NCBI GenBank assembly: GCA_951406725.2
Contig: OX597817.1
Location: 139,686,001 to 139,750,000 of the forward strand
Direction of reading: 5' to 3'
Source of the DNA: Octopus vulgaris
Taxonomy: Eukaryota
DNA: 64,000 nt
Position numbers and translations under genes: made by a program. The notes beneath the pieces were generated by a model. That model was given only the letters and a program-made list of their open reading frames with translations, made no database searches and was not told the origin of the DNA. This document shows, one piece after another, positions 37,621-49,087 of the stretch; the stretch's first letter is position 1, and each line of letters begins with the position of its first letter.

Positions 37621-38864
37621 GATGATGATGATGATGATATATATATATTTATATATACATCCCTCCCCTGGCACCTGTGCCGATGGTACGTAAAAAGCAC
37701 CATCCGTACGTGGTCGATGCCAGCATCAACTGATCGTGGTCGTTGCCAGCCTCCCCTCGCACCTGTGCCGGTGGCACGTAAAAAGCACCCACTACACTCA
37801 TGGAGTGGTTGGCATTAGGAAAGGCATCCAGCTGTAGAAACACTGCCAGATCAGACTGGAGCCTGGTGCAGCCTCCCGGCTTTCCAGATTCCAGTCGAAC
37901 CATCCAACCCATGCTAGCATGGAAAACGGATGTTAAACAATGATGATGATGATGATATATATATATTTATTATGTAAAATGGTAGGCATTAGGAAGGATA
38001 TTCCACATAGAGTTGTGCCAAAACAGACAGTTGGAGCCTCCATGGAAAATGGACAGTAAATAATGATGATGATAATATCTATCCTCATTTAATATCCATG
38101 TTCCATGCTGACATGGGTCGAAGGGTTGGACAGGCTCAGATTGGTTCAAGAACTGAATTGTATTTCGGTTAGGCATAATTTCTACAGCTGGATGTCCTTC
38201 CTAACATCAATCACCTTAACATTCATGTACTGGGTCCTATTTTTCATGCCACTGGTTGCCATGTGACTCACAAGACTATGGCAACCTCTTCTATTACACC
38301 CTATCCTTCCCATCTCTGCCGCTTCCATTCTCTCCTATTCCATTGCTGCCTCTCTTCCATTACTCTGCATCCTATCAATCTGCTTCTCTCAACCTGTTTC
38401 TCTCACTTTCATTACTCCTCATCCTATCATTGTCCTTCTTCCATTACCCTCTACCTTACCACCCTCTTCTCCTCCCCACTCCCCACCCATCTTTCATCCT
38501 TTTCTCAACTTGGTTCTCTTTCTTCTATACACCCTTTCTTGATTATGTTACTTTGATTGAATGGGTATAATATAAGTTGGTTAGGATTGTTGAGAGACAA
38601 AACAACCCCTCTAGTGCTGGTGCTATGCCAAAATCATTCAGTAGACTCTATAAAAGGTTTCCATCTATAGAAACCATGCTGGAACTAGAAATATATGAGT
38701 AAGACATGAGCTCTGACATGTTTAGAAGGGCAGTGGCTCTGAATAACAACTGTGTTGGGCTGTGGTGACCTGTCCAACACATGCCTGCAGGGAAAAGTGG
38801 ATGATGAGGATGAAGTTGTTGATGTTGTTGATTGACTAACTTTATGCTTTTGTATTGATTTCAG

Positions 38865-39020
38865 CTGATTTCAGTGGTCATATTCTGAATCCAGATCTCA
38901 CGGACGAAGAATTGAAGGAGCTGCACAACACTGCCAAAGATCTTTACCAAAGTTACTGTGCCCCTTATGCAGTGGACAAAATCCTATTTGCTGACGATGT
39001 TGTAACAGAACTAAAGAGCA
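38865..39020 (+). CDS. SNX14: SNX14 exon 14 (ADFSGHILNPDLTDEELKELHNTAKDLYQSYCAPYAVDKILFADDVVTELKS; RGS)
   Basis: gactaac branch-like motif at ~38834, tttcag acceptor, gtaagt donor. Confidence 0.96.
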
Positions 39021-40339
39021 GTAAGTATAACTTTCAAGTAAGAGATTTCTTATTCAAACTGTCTATATATTGAAGATGTTTCAACAGAAACTCTCCCAGT
39101 CAGAGGAAGAAACTAGGAATGGTTGGTTCCAAGACCCATTCTTACCTGCTTAAATTTAAGTTTTTCCCTTTTGGTCTTCTTAAATCTGGTTACCTATCTC
39201 TTTAATATCCTATCAAACTTTTGTGTCTGGTGACTGAGACCTTTGGCAATGTACTGTGCTTGAGAGGACCCGTCAAGCCAAGTGTACCCGTGCTAGTGGA
39301 ACATAAAGAACATCTTTTGAATGTTGGGCCACATGGAGGCAAAATGGCTGAGTTCCTTTTGAGTGTTGGGCCTCACGGAGGCGTTAAGCAAGACCTTTGG
39401 CATTATGTCTTGCTGGAGAAGAAGACCCATCAAGCTGAGCAAAATCGCAGTCCTGGCAGATACTGGTGTCATGCAGATTGGCACCTGTGCCAGTGACATG
39501 TAAATGCACCCTGGTGTCATGCAAATGGCACCTGTGCTGGTGGCATGTAGTGCACCTATTACACTTCCAGAGTGGTTGGCGTTAGGAAGGGCATCCAGCC
39601 ATAGAAAACCATGCCAAATCAAACCGGAGTCTGGTGCAGTCTTCCAGCATGCCAGCCCAGTGAAACTATCCAATCCATACCAGCATGGACAGTGGGTGTT
39701 AAATGATGATGATAATACAGTAGTGCAAGTGTGGCTACATGGTTAAGAAGGTTGCTTCCCAACCACATGGTTTTGGGTTCAATCCCACTGCCTGGCATCT
39801 TGAGCAAGTGTCTTCTACAATAGCACTGAGCTAATCAAAACCTTGATTGGATTTGGTAGATGGAAACTGAAAAAATCATTGTGTATATGTGTGTCTCTTT
39901 GTCTTGACATCATAAAATAGTTATAACTGAGTGTCACTGTTATACAAGCCATGTCATTTGTTATGTGAAAACGTGTCAGCCTTGAGGAAATATCACTTCA
40001 CTGGGAAATTGTTGAGTGTTTGTGACTGGAAAGGTATCTCTAGCTATATAAAATCTGCCTCAACATAGTCTGCTTGGCTTTTGGATGGAAATGTGGATGT
40101 TAAAACAATGATGATATGTGTATGTGTATCTGTCTGTCTGTGTATATATAGGTGCAGGAGTGGCTGTGTGGTAAGAAGCTTGCTTTCTAACCTCATGTTC
40201 GGGGTTCACTCCCACTGCATGGCACCTTGGGCAAATGTCTTCTGCTATAGCCTTGGGCTGACCAAAGCCTTGTGAGTGGATTTGGTAGATGGAAACTGAA
40301 AATCCGTTGTATATATATTCTTTATTTTCTCTCCTTGTT

Positions 40340-40605
40340 TCTTTCTGTGTTCTTTTCTGTGGAAGAGCATAGGCTTGAAATGTTAAAGACTTTTTCACTT
40401 CCTGAGCGTTAAACTAATACAGCTGTTTGTTGTCTACACCACCTGTCTTCATCTTTTGTTTTTTTTGTGAATTCTCCTTATATATATGTGTGTGTGTGTG
40501 TGTGTGTGAATCGTTGGCGGTTTTTTCCCCTCTGTCTTCCTTTTCTCTTGGTCATTCCTCTGTCTCCTGTTTCTGAAGAGCTTTGCTCGAAATGTGAAAC
40601 CACCT
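40340..40605 (+). ncRNA. Two degenerate minimal hammerhead-like motifs (Penelope pLTR remnants?)
   Basis: TCTTTT-CTGTGGA-AGAGC-ATAG-GCTT-GAAATGTT-AAAGA at ~40351-40389 and GTTT-CTGAAGAGCTTTGCTCGAAATGTG-AAAC at ~40569-40600. Confidence 0.45.
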
Positions 40606-40699
40606 TTCTCTCCTTCCCTGAACATCTGCTAATACTTTGCATGTACCACGTCCTCATGTTGTTTTCTTTTCTTGTCCAGTCCAGTTAAGAGTACCTCTG

Positions 40700-41238
40700 A
40701 TGCATTGGGTGATATGATATGCTTGAGAAGACCTGTTGAGTTAAGTTAAACCAATGTCATAGCTGTGGCCAGTACCCCATGACTGGCTCCTGTGCTTGTA
40801 GCATGTAAAAAGCACCATCCGAACATGGCTGATGCCACTACCTCTTGACTGGCTCCCATGCTGGTGGCATGTAAAAAGCACCATCCAAACATGGCCGATG
40901 CCAGTACCCCCTGACTGGCTACCGTGTCAATGGCATGTAAAAAGCACCATCTGGATGTGGCCGATGCCAGCATCCCCTGACTGGCCTCTGTGCCAGTAGT
41001 ATATAAAAAGCATGATCCGAACGTGATCGATGCCAGGCCTACCTTGATTGGCTTCTGTGCTGGTGACACATAAAAAGCATCCACTACACTCGCGTAGTGG
41101 TTGGCATTAGCAAGGGCATCCAGTTGTAGAAACATTGCCAGATTAGATTGGAGCCTGGTGCAGCCGCTGGCTCTCCAAACCTCAGTCAAACTGTCCACCC
41201 ATGCCAGCATGGAAAATGGAGGTTAAATGATGATGATG
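40700..41238 (+). mobile_element. RTE 3' UTR with five ~66-nt tandem units
   Basis: Units GCCAG-n-ACTGGC..GTGCTGGTGGCATGTAAAAAGCACC at 40768-41080, then conserved tail and (GAT)n. Confidence 0.88.
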
Positions 41239-41317
41239 TTTGTTCTCTTTTTTTTTTTTGATTTACTATATATATATGTGTGTGTGTATATGTTTTCTTT
41301 TTTCTATTCCATTCTAG

Positions 41318-41375
41318 TTGTTGATGGTCCTTACCAAAATGTGATTAAATTGAGAACATCTCCTCCACTTTTCAA
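41318..41375 (+). CDS. SNX14: SNX14 exon 15 (IVDGPYQNVIKLRTSPPLF)
   Basis: attctag acceptor, gtaaga donor; human IAEGPYIDVVKLQT. Confidence 0.94.
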
Positions 41376-42070
41376 GTAAGATTTTTATCATTTCTCTTTT
41401 TGTTTATTTTTTAATGTTTTAATATTCAATCGTGATAATTGCTTTTAAATTAGAGACCAGGCCAGAAATTCAAGGGGAGGGGCTTACTCAATAAAGTTGA
41501 CCCAGTTCTTGTATTTTCTTTTGTCAACCTTGGAGGGATGAAAGACAAACTGGAATGTAGCAGAGTTTGAACTAAGAACATGAACAGCTGGAACAAATAC
41601 TGCAAAGTATTTTGACCAGTATTCTGTTTTTTCCCTAATCCACTATCTTAATTAATTAATTAATTATTGAATAATAATAACTCTTTCTGTTACCGGCACA
41701 AGGCCTGAAATGTGGGGGAAGGTTGAGTTGATTTACATTGAGTCTGGTACTTAAACAATACTCCTTTGATTGACCCCCAAAACAGCGAAAAGCAGAACCA
41801 AGCTTGGTTGCTAAGCACTTCGTCCTGCATGCTGATGATTTGGCCTTTCGTAATAATGGCTTCAGATTTTGGTAGAAGACCAGCTAATTATGAGGGTGGG
41901 GGGAAGTTGATTACATTGACCCCAGTACATGACTGGTACTTATTTCATCGACTCTGAAAGGATAAAAGGCAAAGTTGACTTCTGTGGAACTTGGACTCAG
42001 AATGTAAAGATGGATGAAATGCTGCCAAGAGTTTTGTTTCACATGCTTAGGATTTGGCCAGTTTGCTACT

Positions 42071-42104
<34 letters not shown>

Positions 42105-42115
42105 TAATAATGATG

Positions 42116-42146
<31 letters not shown>

Positions 42147-43468
42147 TAATAATAATAATACTTGGTGTTTTTGGCAGGATGTTGTCATTGAACTGACTGA
42201 GACCAGTATTCAACTGGTAGTTACTGACCTGGTTGCAAAAAGCACCCATGCCAGTGCCATGTAAAAAAAAACCCCATCCATTCTGGGTCCTTAAAAGGCA
42301 CCCAACACATTCTGTAAGGTGGCTGGGTGTTAGGAAGAGCATCCAGCTGTAGAAAGCAAGCCAAAGCCGATTGGAACTAGGTCCAGCTTTCCCACTCCAG
42401 TGAAACCATCCAATCCATTCCAGCATGGAAAATGGATGTTAAATGATGTTGATGATGAAATATAAAAATGTTTTCATGTGATTTGGATATTTGTGGGGTG
42501 GTGATGGTCGTGTCTGGTGAGGTTTAGTTCTCTTGACATTGTCAAATTTGAAGCAATGGAAAGCTCCTGAAATTTCATCAAAAATAAACTCCTTAGAATA
42601 TTTTGAATTCTTGTCTTTTATTTATCAATCATGAAACATTTAAATCGAAAAGTTCTGCAGTTTATAATTCAAATAGCAATGCACTTAGCTGTTGTTTAGC
42701 GTCTGACCAAAGCCATTCCAGCCATGACAATCTTGTCTTGCTTCCAGTTCCATTCTGATTGGGTATAATTTGAGGAAAATTTTGCTGCTATTTCTCACAG
42801 ATTGGGTAACCATTTAGAGGCTCCCTCATTGCCTCACTATTTATTTCATTACTGTTACTGGTGCTGCTAACAACTATCAACTCATGGGTTCAATCCTATG
42901 TAGGAGCCTACTTAACATTCCATCAGTTTATTTCAAACATGAAGTTATGGTCTTGAGGAAAATACTGAATGTCAGCCCCACACTATTTCAAAATCTTCGT
43001 TTAAGGGCCCATGTTATTTTATGAAACAGGTCACATTATTTGAAAACCATTAAGGGAGGCAATGAAAGAGGCAACAAGAAAATTTCCCTCAAATCACACC
43101 ATTTTAAATGAAGAAAGGATACATAAGACATTGTGTTCTTCAAACTCCCAAAAAGACTCCATGAGATGGTCACCGTTGGAATGCCTTTTGATCATAGTTC
43201 TATTCAATTACCAGAAGCTAAACAATAAAAATCTTCAATTAAAGAAATAATTTACAAGTCAAAGATTTTATCCCTTGCTATATTTCTCTTGAAACATTAC
43301 CTTTCAATTATTTTTGAAGATAACGAAGAATTTAGTAAGATGTGTTTGTCATTATTAGAGTAAATTACTCTAGAATAATTTACTCTATTCTAATAATAGA
43401 GTTAATTAATTTTATTGAAGTTTCCTCTCATGTAATCATGTTCTTTAACAATTGTTTTATATTTGTAG

Positions 43469-43535
43469 AGCTTATGAACATGCTTACAATCTCTTGGAGA
43501 GTACATTCCTGCCTTTATTCCACCAAAGTGATGAA
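43469..43535 (+). CDS. SNX14: SNX14 exon 16 (KAYEHAYNLLESTFLPLFHQSDE)
   Basis: tttgtag acceptor, GAA|gtaagt donor; RGS C-terminal part. Confidence 0.95.
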
Positions 43536-43606
43536 GTAAGTTTCAGCATCTGATACATTTCAGTTATTCCTGTTTCACAGAAATAAATTGTAACAATAGC
43601 TATGTT

Positions 43607-43994
43607 ACGTTTATATATTTGTTTTGCAAGATTCTTGATGTGAAATCATGTGTTGAAACAGATGTTTTTGTATTTAGGAATGGTCATTTTGCCAGTTTAG
43701 CAAATAAAAACACACGCACTATATATTTGGTGTTAATTTGCTTCAGCTTTATTTATTTTTTAATCTTAATCTTATTTCGGCCAGAGTTCTTTCATCACAC
43801 TTCTGTGACCTCATCAGTAAGGAGAGACACACAAATAAGAAAGAAGAAAGCAGAAGTGTGATGGAAGAACTCTGGCCGAAATAAGATTAAGATTAATGTA
43901 AAAAATATATAACGCTGAAGCAAATTAACACCAAATATATAGTGTGTGTGTTTTTATTGGCTAAACTGGCAAAATGACCATTCCTAAATACAAC
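43607..43994. mobile_element. Asymmetric palindromic insertion with hammerhead-like core (Penelope-like, family 2)
   Basis: 15-bp TSD AACAATAGCTATGTT (43592-43606, 43995-44009); inverted arms; minus-strand CTGATGA-GGTCA...TGGCC-GAAA at ~43775-43817. Confidence 0.75.
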
Positions 43995-44199
43995 AACAAT
44001 AGCTATGTTGTCACATGTTTTATCCAATGAAGTGTAGTGATAGCCATGTTCCTTCGTGTTGTATCATAATATAAAAGATTACTCAGTTACTTCGATTCAG
44101 AAGTACACATTGTTAGGAGAGTTGATATCTTGCCTTAACACAATCACACCGTAGAGTAGAACTTTCCAAAGGGACATAACTGTCACCGAGCTGTAGGTG

Positions 44200-44727
44200 A
44201 TGACAGTTTGTCACACAGACATTGCAAGCAAAATCAAAATCAAATTTGATGACTGGCGCCCGTCCGGCTTCCGTGCCAGTGGCACTTAAAAGGCACCATT
44301 CGAGCACGTTGCCTTACTGGCACTTGAGCCCCGTGCTAGTAGGGTATTAAGAGCACCATCCGAGCGTGATCGTTACCAGAGCGGCTATCTGGCCTCCGTG
44401 CCAGTGGCACGTAAAAGACACCATTTGAGCGTGATCGTTACCAGCATCGCCTTACTGGCACCTGTGCTGGTGGCATGTGTAAAAAGATTTGAACGAGGTC
44501 ATTGCCAGTACCGCCTGACTGGCACCTGTGCTGGTGGCACGTAAAAAGCACCCACTACACTCTCGGAGTGGTTGACGTTAGGAAGGGCATCCAGCTGTAG
44601 AAACTCTGTCAGATCAAGATTGGGGCCTGGTGCAGCCATCTGGTTCACCAGCCCTCAGTCAAAATCATCCAACCCATGCTAGCATGGAAAGCGGACGTTA
44701 AACGGTGATGATGATGATGATGATGAT
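44200..44727 (+). mobile_element. RTE 3' UTR with tandem hairpin units
   Basis: Same array and tail architecture as 24725-25270. Confidence 0.88.
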
Positions 44728-45186
44728 AGACATTGTCTTGGTAAACCCAGTAAATTCTATGGCTATTAAACACTTCCTTGAAATTTCAATAGCTTTTCAA
44801 TGGTTTATCAGCACCAGTGTATTTCACTGGTGCTGGTGGCATGTAAAAAACAGCCAGTCCGCTCTGTAAAGTGGCTTGTGTTAGGAAGGGCATCCAGGTG
44901 TAGAAACTATGCCAAAACAGACAATGGTGCAGCTCCTGGCCTTGCCAGCATCTGTCAAACCATCCAGCCCATGCCAGCATGGAAAACGGACGTTAATTGA
45001 TAAATGTGATGAAGGAGAGCATAGTTTTGGTTATGGATGATAGTCTGTATATTCCTGCTTTTAAACATACAATAATTTCATTATTATTAAATCACTTGTG
45101 TGTGATGGATGTAGATTTGGTTAGAAAAGAGATTATCTCAGTAATTCCTGATGTTTACAGCAGGTTATTTGTGTTTTTATTTGCAG

Positions 45187-45245
45187 TATTACAAAATGTT
45201 ATGTGGAGACCGATGTGTATCACAAGCTGTCAAAGTTGGAACTAA
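45187..45245 (+). CDS. SNX14: SNX14 exon 17 (YYKMLCGDRCVSQAVKVGT)
   Basis: ttgcag acceptor, AA|gtaagt donor; completes SDEY..L; ends in phase 2. Confidence 0.9.
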
Positions 45246-46502
45246 GTAAGTAACTTTTGAATTGCATCTTTGATATAAAATGTTTTCCACACAAAACACA
45301 TCCATGCTGCAGATCTTGGTATGGTAATGGCATCAATGAGATTACGGATTTGACAACCTTTGGCTTTATTTTTCATATGATCACAACACAAGAAATATTG
45401 TGTGTGTGTGTATCATCGTCCTCGTAACTTCCATGAGTAAGGCAATTCACTGAAGCAGGCTTTCTAAGGCTGGGTACCCTTCTCATCATCGATATTGTTC
45501 GTAAATAGATATCAAGTACTATTTTTCCTTGGCTGGACATGTTTCCACTGACAACTGGAAATGAACAACACTGCATGTATGACAGGGACGTTTGTTTACA
45601 ACTGTGAGGCAATGTCAAGATAAGGGGTCACACAAACACACACAGATATACAATGGGTTTCTTTCAGCTTCTGTCTATTAGCTTCACTCGGAATGCATTG
45701 GTCAGCCCAGGACTAGGCTAGAAGACATTTTGGCCGAAGTAGAACTGAACCCAGAACCATGTAGTTTAGAAGCAAACTACATAATATTTATTCATTCGTT
45801 TATTTAATAACCATTTTTCCATGCTAGTATGGGTTGGAAGGGAACTTACATTTTTTTTTTATTCTACAAGCCTTTAAGAGCACAGAATGATCAGTCCTGA
45901 TATCAACAAGGAATGTCAACATCCATGCACTTTTGCACACACACACACACACATGTGCCATTAAATATCCATGTTTCGTGCAGGCATGCGTTGGATGGTT
46001 CAAAAGACTGCATCATTCTCTAGTGTCTGAGGCTTTGGTATGGTTTCTGTGACAGGATGCCTTTCCTAATGCCAACCACTTTACAGAGTGTGGACTGGGT
46101 GCATTTTATGTAGCACCAGCACTAGTGAGGCCACCTTGTAGTATGCAAGACCATGAACCCTAAGACAGGATGGTGATGGCTTTATGCTAGGAGATAAAGG
46201 GCTCACAGTATGTAAAAAGCGGGCAGAGCAGGTTTCTTCTTTGGGAGGGGCTACATGGCTACTCAGATTTAGAAAAGAGAGTGAAAATAATCAGGTGGAT
46301 CATGTGTGTGTATGTGTGTGTATGCACACACACACATGATTGGCTTCCTATAGTTTTCTTTTACCAAATTCACTCACAAGGGGCTAATCTCAGGTGGCAC
46401 AGAATGGCATACAGTGGCACTGAACTTAAAGCCACTTAGTTGTGAAGCAGATTGCACTTCCATACAATCATGCCTGACTCTTGACATGTATCAAGATTAT
46501 CC

Positions 46503-46541
<39 letters not shown>

Positions 46542-46660
46542 AGTGTATATGATGATGATGATGTATATGTATGGCTGTGTATGGTGTATAATCATCATCA
46601 TTGTTTAAAATTCCCTTCTCCATGCTTTATAGGTTTGATGGAATTTATTGATGTGGTGTA

Positions 46661-46881
46661 TACTCTTTTACTTGTTTCAGTCATTTGACTGTGGCCATGC
46701 TGGAGCACCGCCTTTAGTCGAGTAAATCGACCCCAGGACTTATTCTTTGTAAGCCTAGTACTTATTCTATCGGTTCTCTTTTTGCCGAACCGCTAAGTTA
46801 CGGAGACGTAAACACACCAGCATCGATTGACAAGTGATGTTGGGGGGGACAAACTCAGACGCACAAACATATACACACACA

Positions 46882-46943
<62 letters not shown>

Positions 46944-47122
46944 CATACATACATACATACGATGGGCTTCTTTCAGTTTCCGTCTACCAAATCCACTCAC
47001 AAGGCTTTGGTTGGCCCGAGGCTATAGTAGAAGACACTTACCCAAGGTGCCACACAGTGGGACTGAACACGGAACCATGTGGTTCGTAAGCAAGCTACTT
47101 ACCACACAGCCACTCCTACGCC
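46661..47122 (-). mobile_element. tRNA-derived CORE-type SINE, family D (full length)
   Basis: Head GGCGTAGGAGTGGCTGTGTGGTAAG...GTTCAGTCCC, CORE-like GGCACCTTGGGTAAGTGTCTT, internal (TA/TG)n, tail ...ATGACTGAAACAAGTAAAAGAGTA. Confidence 0.88.
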
Positions 47123-47407
47123 TATGTGTATTTGTATGTATGTATATAAATTTTCTTAAAAGTTATTATTTAATAAAATTGTTTAAAAATCAGAATGTCA
47201 GAAATCTTTTGGAAAGAAATGTTTATATTGTGTCTGTTATTCAACTTTTTCAATACCAAAACTGCTTACTCACCTCATACACTCAATGGGAATATTTCTT
47301 CCTCAAACATTTGTGACATTTTGTTTGTAAAAAGATTTTTTAAAAATAAAGTTTAAAGAAAATCTTTCTTTTAAATATTGTGACTGCATAGTAATACTTT
47401 TTGAAAA

Positions 47408-47812
47408 GTAGGAGTAGCTGTGTGGTAAGTAGCTTGCTTACGAACCACATGGTTCTGGGTTCAGTCCCACTGCGTGGCACCTTGGGCAAGTGTCTTCGAC
47501 TATAGCCTCGGGTCGACCAATGCCTTGTGAATGGATTTGGTAGACAGAAACTGAAAGAAGGCCGTCATATATATGTATATATATATGTATGTATGTATGT
47601 GTGTGTATATGTTTGTGTGTCTGTGTTTGTCCCCCCAACATTGCTTGACAACCGATGCTGGTGTGTTTACGTTCCGTAGCTTAGCGGTTCGGCAAAAGAG
47701 ACCGATAGAATAAGTACTAGGCTTACAAAGAATAAGTCCGGGGGTCGATATGCTCGACTAAAGGCAGTGCTCCAGCATGGCCACAGTCAAATGACTGAAA
47801 CAAATAAAAGAA
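47408..47812 (+). mobile_element. CORE-type SINE, family D (full length), inverted relative to 46661-47122
   Basis: Reverse-complement homologue; other partial copies near 8040, 23107(-), 39722, 40150, 45630(-). Confidence 0.88.
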
Positions 47813-48740
47813 TATATAAGTTACTTTGTAATCTCATTGCAATTGGTGTCATCATCACCATCATCATCACCATCATCATCATTTAACATTCATTTTCCAT
47901 GCTGGTATGGCTTAGTATGGATTACACACACACATATATATAATCCTAAAAACCCCAGGTTTTTTGTTTTTATCAATGATTGTTCTTTGTCTGATGTACT
48001 ATTTTTATTTTTTAACAACTATTTAATAAAAGCTGTTTTTGTTTTGACAGTGAACATTACACTTGAGAAATCTTTAAAATTTGATTTGGCAGGAATGTTG
48101 TTAATGACAAATTTTCTGTTAAAAAATGAAAAAGTGAAATTTTTTTTTTACAGCTTTGAATTGTGTCCCCTTTTCTTGAGCTTCCATTCTTAAAGAGAAG
48201 CTGACCTGGGATTGAAACAGTGAAATGAACTTATTGAACTTAAAACATTTGTTTTTTTTTCTTCATATTGTTATTAGCTAACTAGACTATAAAATGTAAA
48301 TATAACTCAAGACCAAGGAAAACTGGGTGGGGTTAGGAGATTTTCATCATCATCATCATCATCATCGTTTAACGTCCATTTTCCATGCTAGCATAGGTTG
48401 GACGGTTCGACCGGGGTCTAGGAAGCCAGGAGGCTGCACCAGGCTCCAGTCTGATCTGGCAGTGTTTCTACAGCTGGATGCCCTTCCTAACGCCAACCAC
48501 TCCGTGAGTGTAGTGGGTGCTTTTACATGCCACCGGCACAGGTGCCTGGGGAGGCTGTAAATGGCCACGATCGGTTGGTGGTTTTTACATACCACCAACA
48601 CGGAAGCCATTCAAGGCAGCGCTGGCATCGGCCACATACGGATGGTGCTTTTTAGGTAAATGAATCTTATATGTATATCCTTATATTAACTGATAGAATC
48701 TCGTTTTGAAGAAATGTATTTTCACTATATATATCTATAT

Positions 48741-49020
48741 ATATATATATACATACATACATATTGTTGTATTTGGGGATGGCCATGATGCCAGTTTAGC
48801 CAATGGAAAAAAAAACGCACTATTTATTCAGTGTTTGGTTGCTTCAGCTTTGTTTCATATTAATTATATTTGTGCGAGAGTTCCTTCGTTAATATAAAAT
48901 AAAGCTGAAGCAAGCAAACGCCGAATAAATAGTGTGTGTGTGCTTTCGTTGGCTAACATGACCATCCCCAAATACAACAATATCTGTTTCAACACACAAG
49001 TTCACATCAAGAATCTTGCA
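48741..49020. mobile_element. Second copy of palindromic family 2
   Basis: Inverted arms TTGTTGTATTTGGGGATGG.../...CCATCCCCAAATACAACAA homologous to 43607-43994; centre deleted. Confidence 0.7.
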
Positions 49021-49050
49021 TAATGAATACATAAACATAATATATATACA

Positions 49051-49087
<37 letters not shown>

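Larger units (their letters stand above)
316..45245 (+). other. SNX14: Sorting nexin 14 gene, 5' portion (17 coding exons; TM-TM-PXA-RGS; PX/PXC exons downstream of window)
   Basis: 17 exons with AG/GT boundaries join in one frame (cumulative CDS 101,170,222,296,375,419,507,592,749,825,870,951,1066,1222,1280,1347,1406 nt). The peptide aligns collinearly with human SNX14 as I recall it (DSLLPN, CxVCGxxKCxRHRP, QPW, LRFFAxVL, LHVA, YLRxLTE, LADP, VLQFCL, GPY, AYEH, HxSDEY). Confidence 0.96.

Noticed and set aside
40768-41080. CRISPR-like appearance of repeat arrays (also 20843-20976, 44250-44560)
   Set aside because: Eukaryotic intron with no cas genes; the apparent spacers are homologous to each other; the arrays are LINE 3' UTR repeats or a minisatellite.
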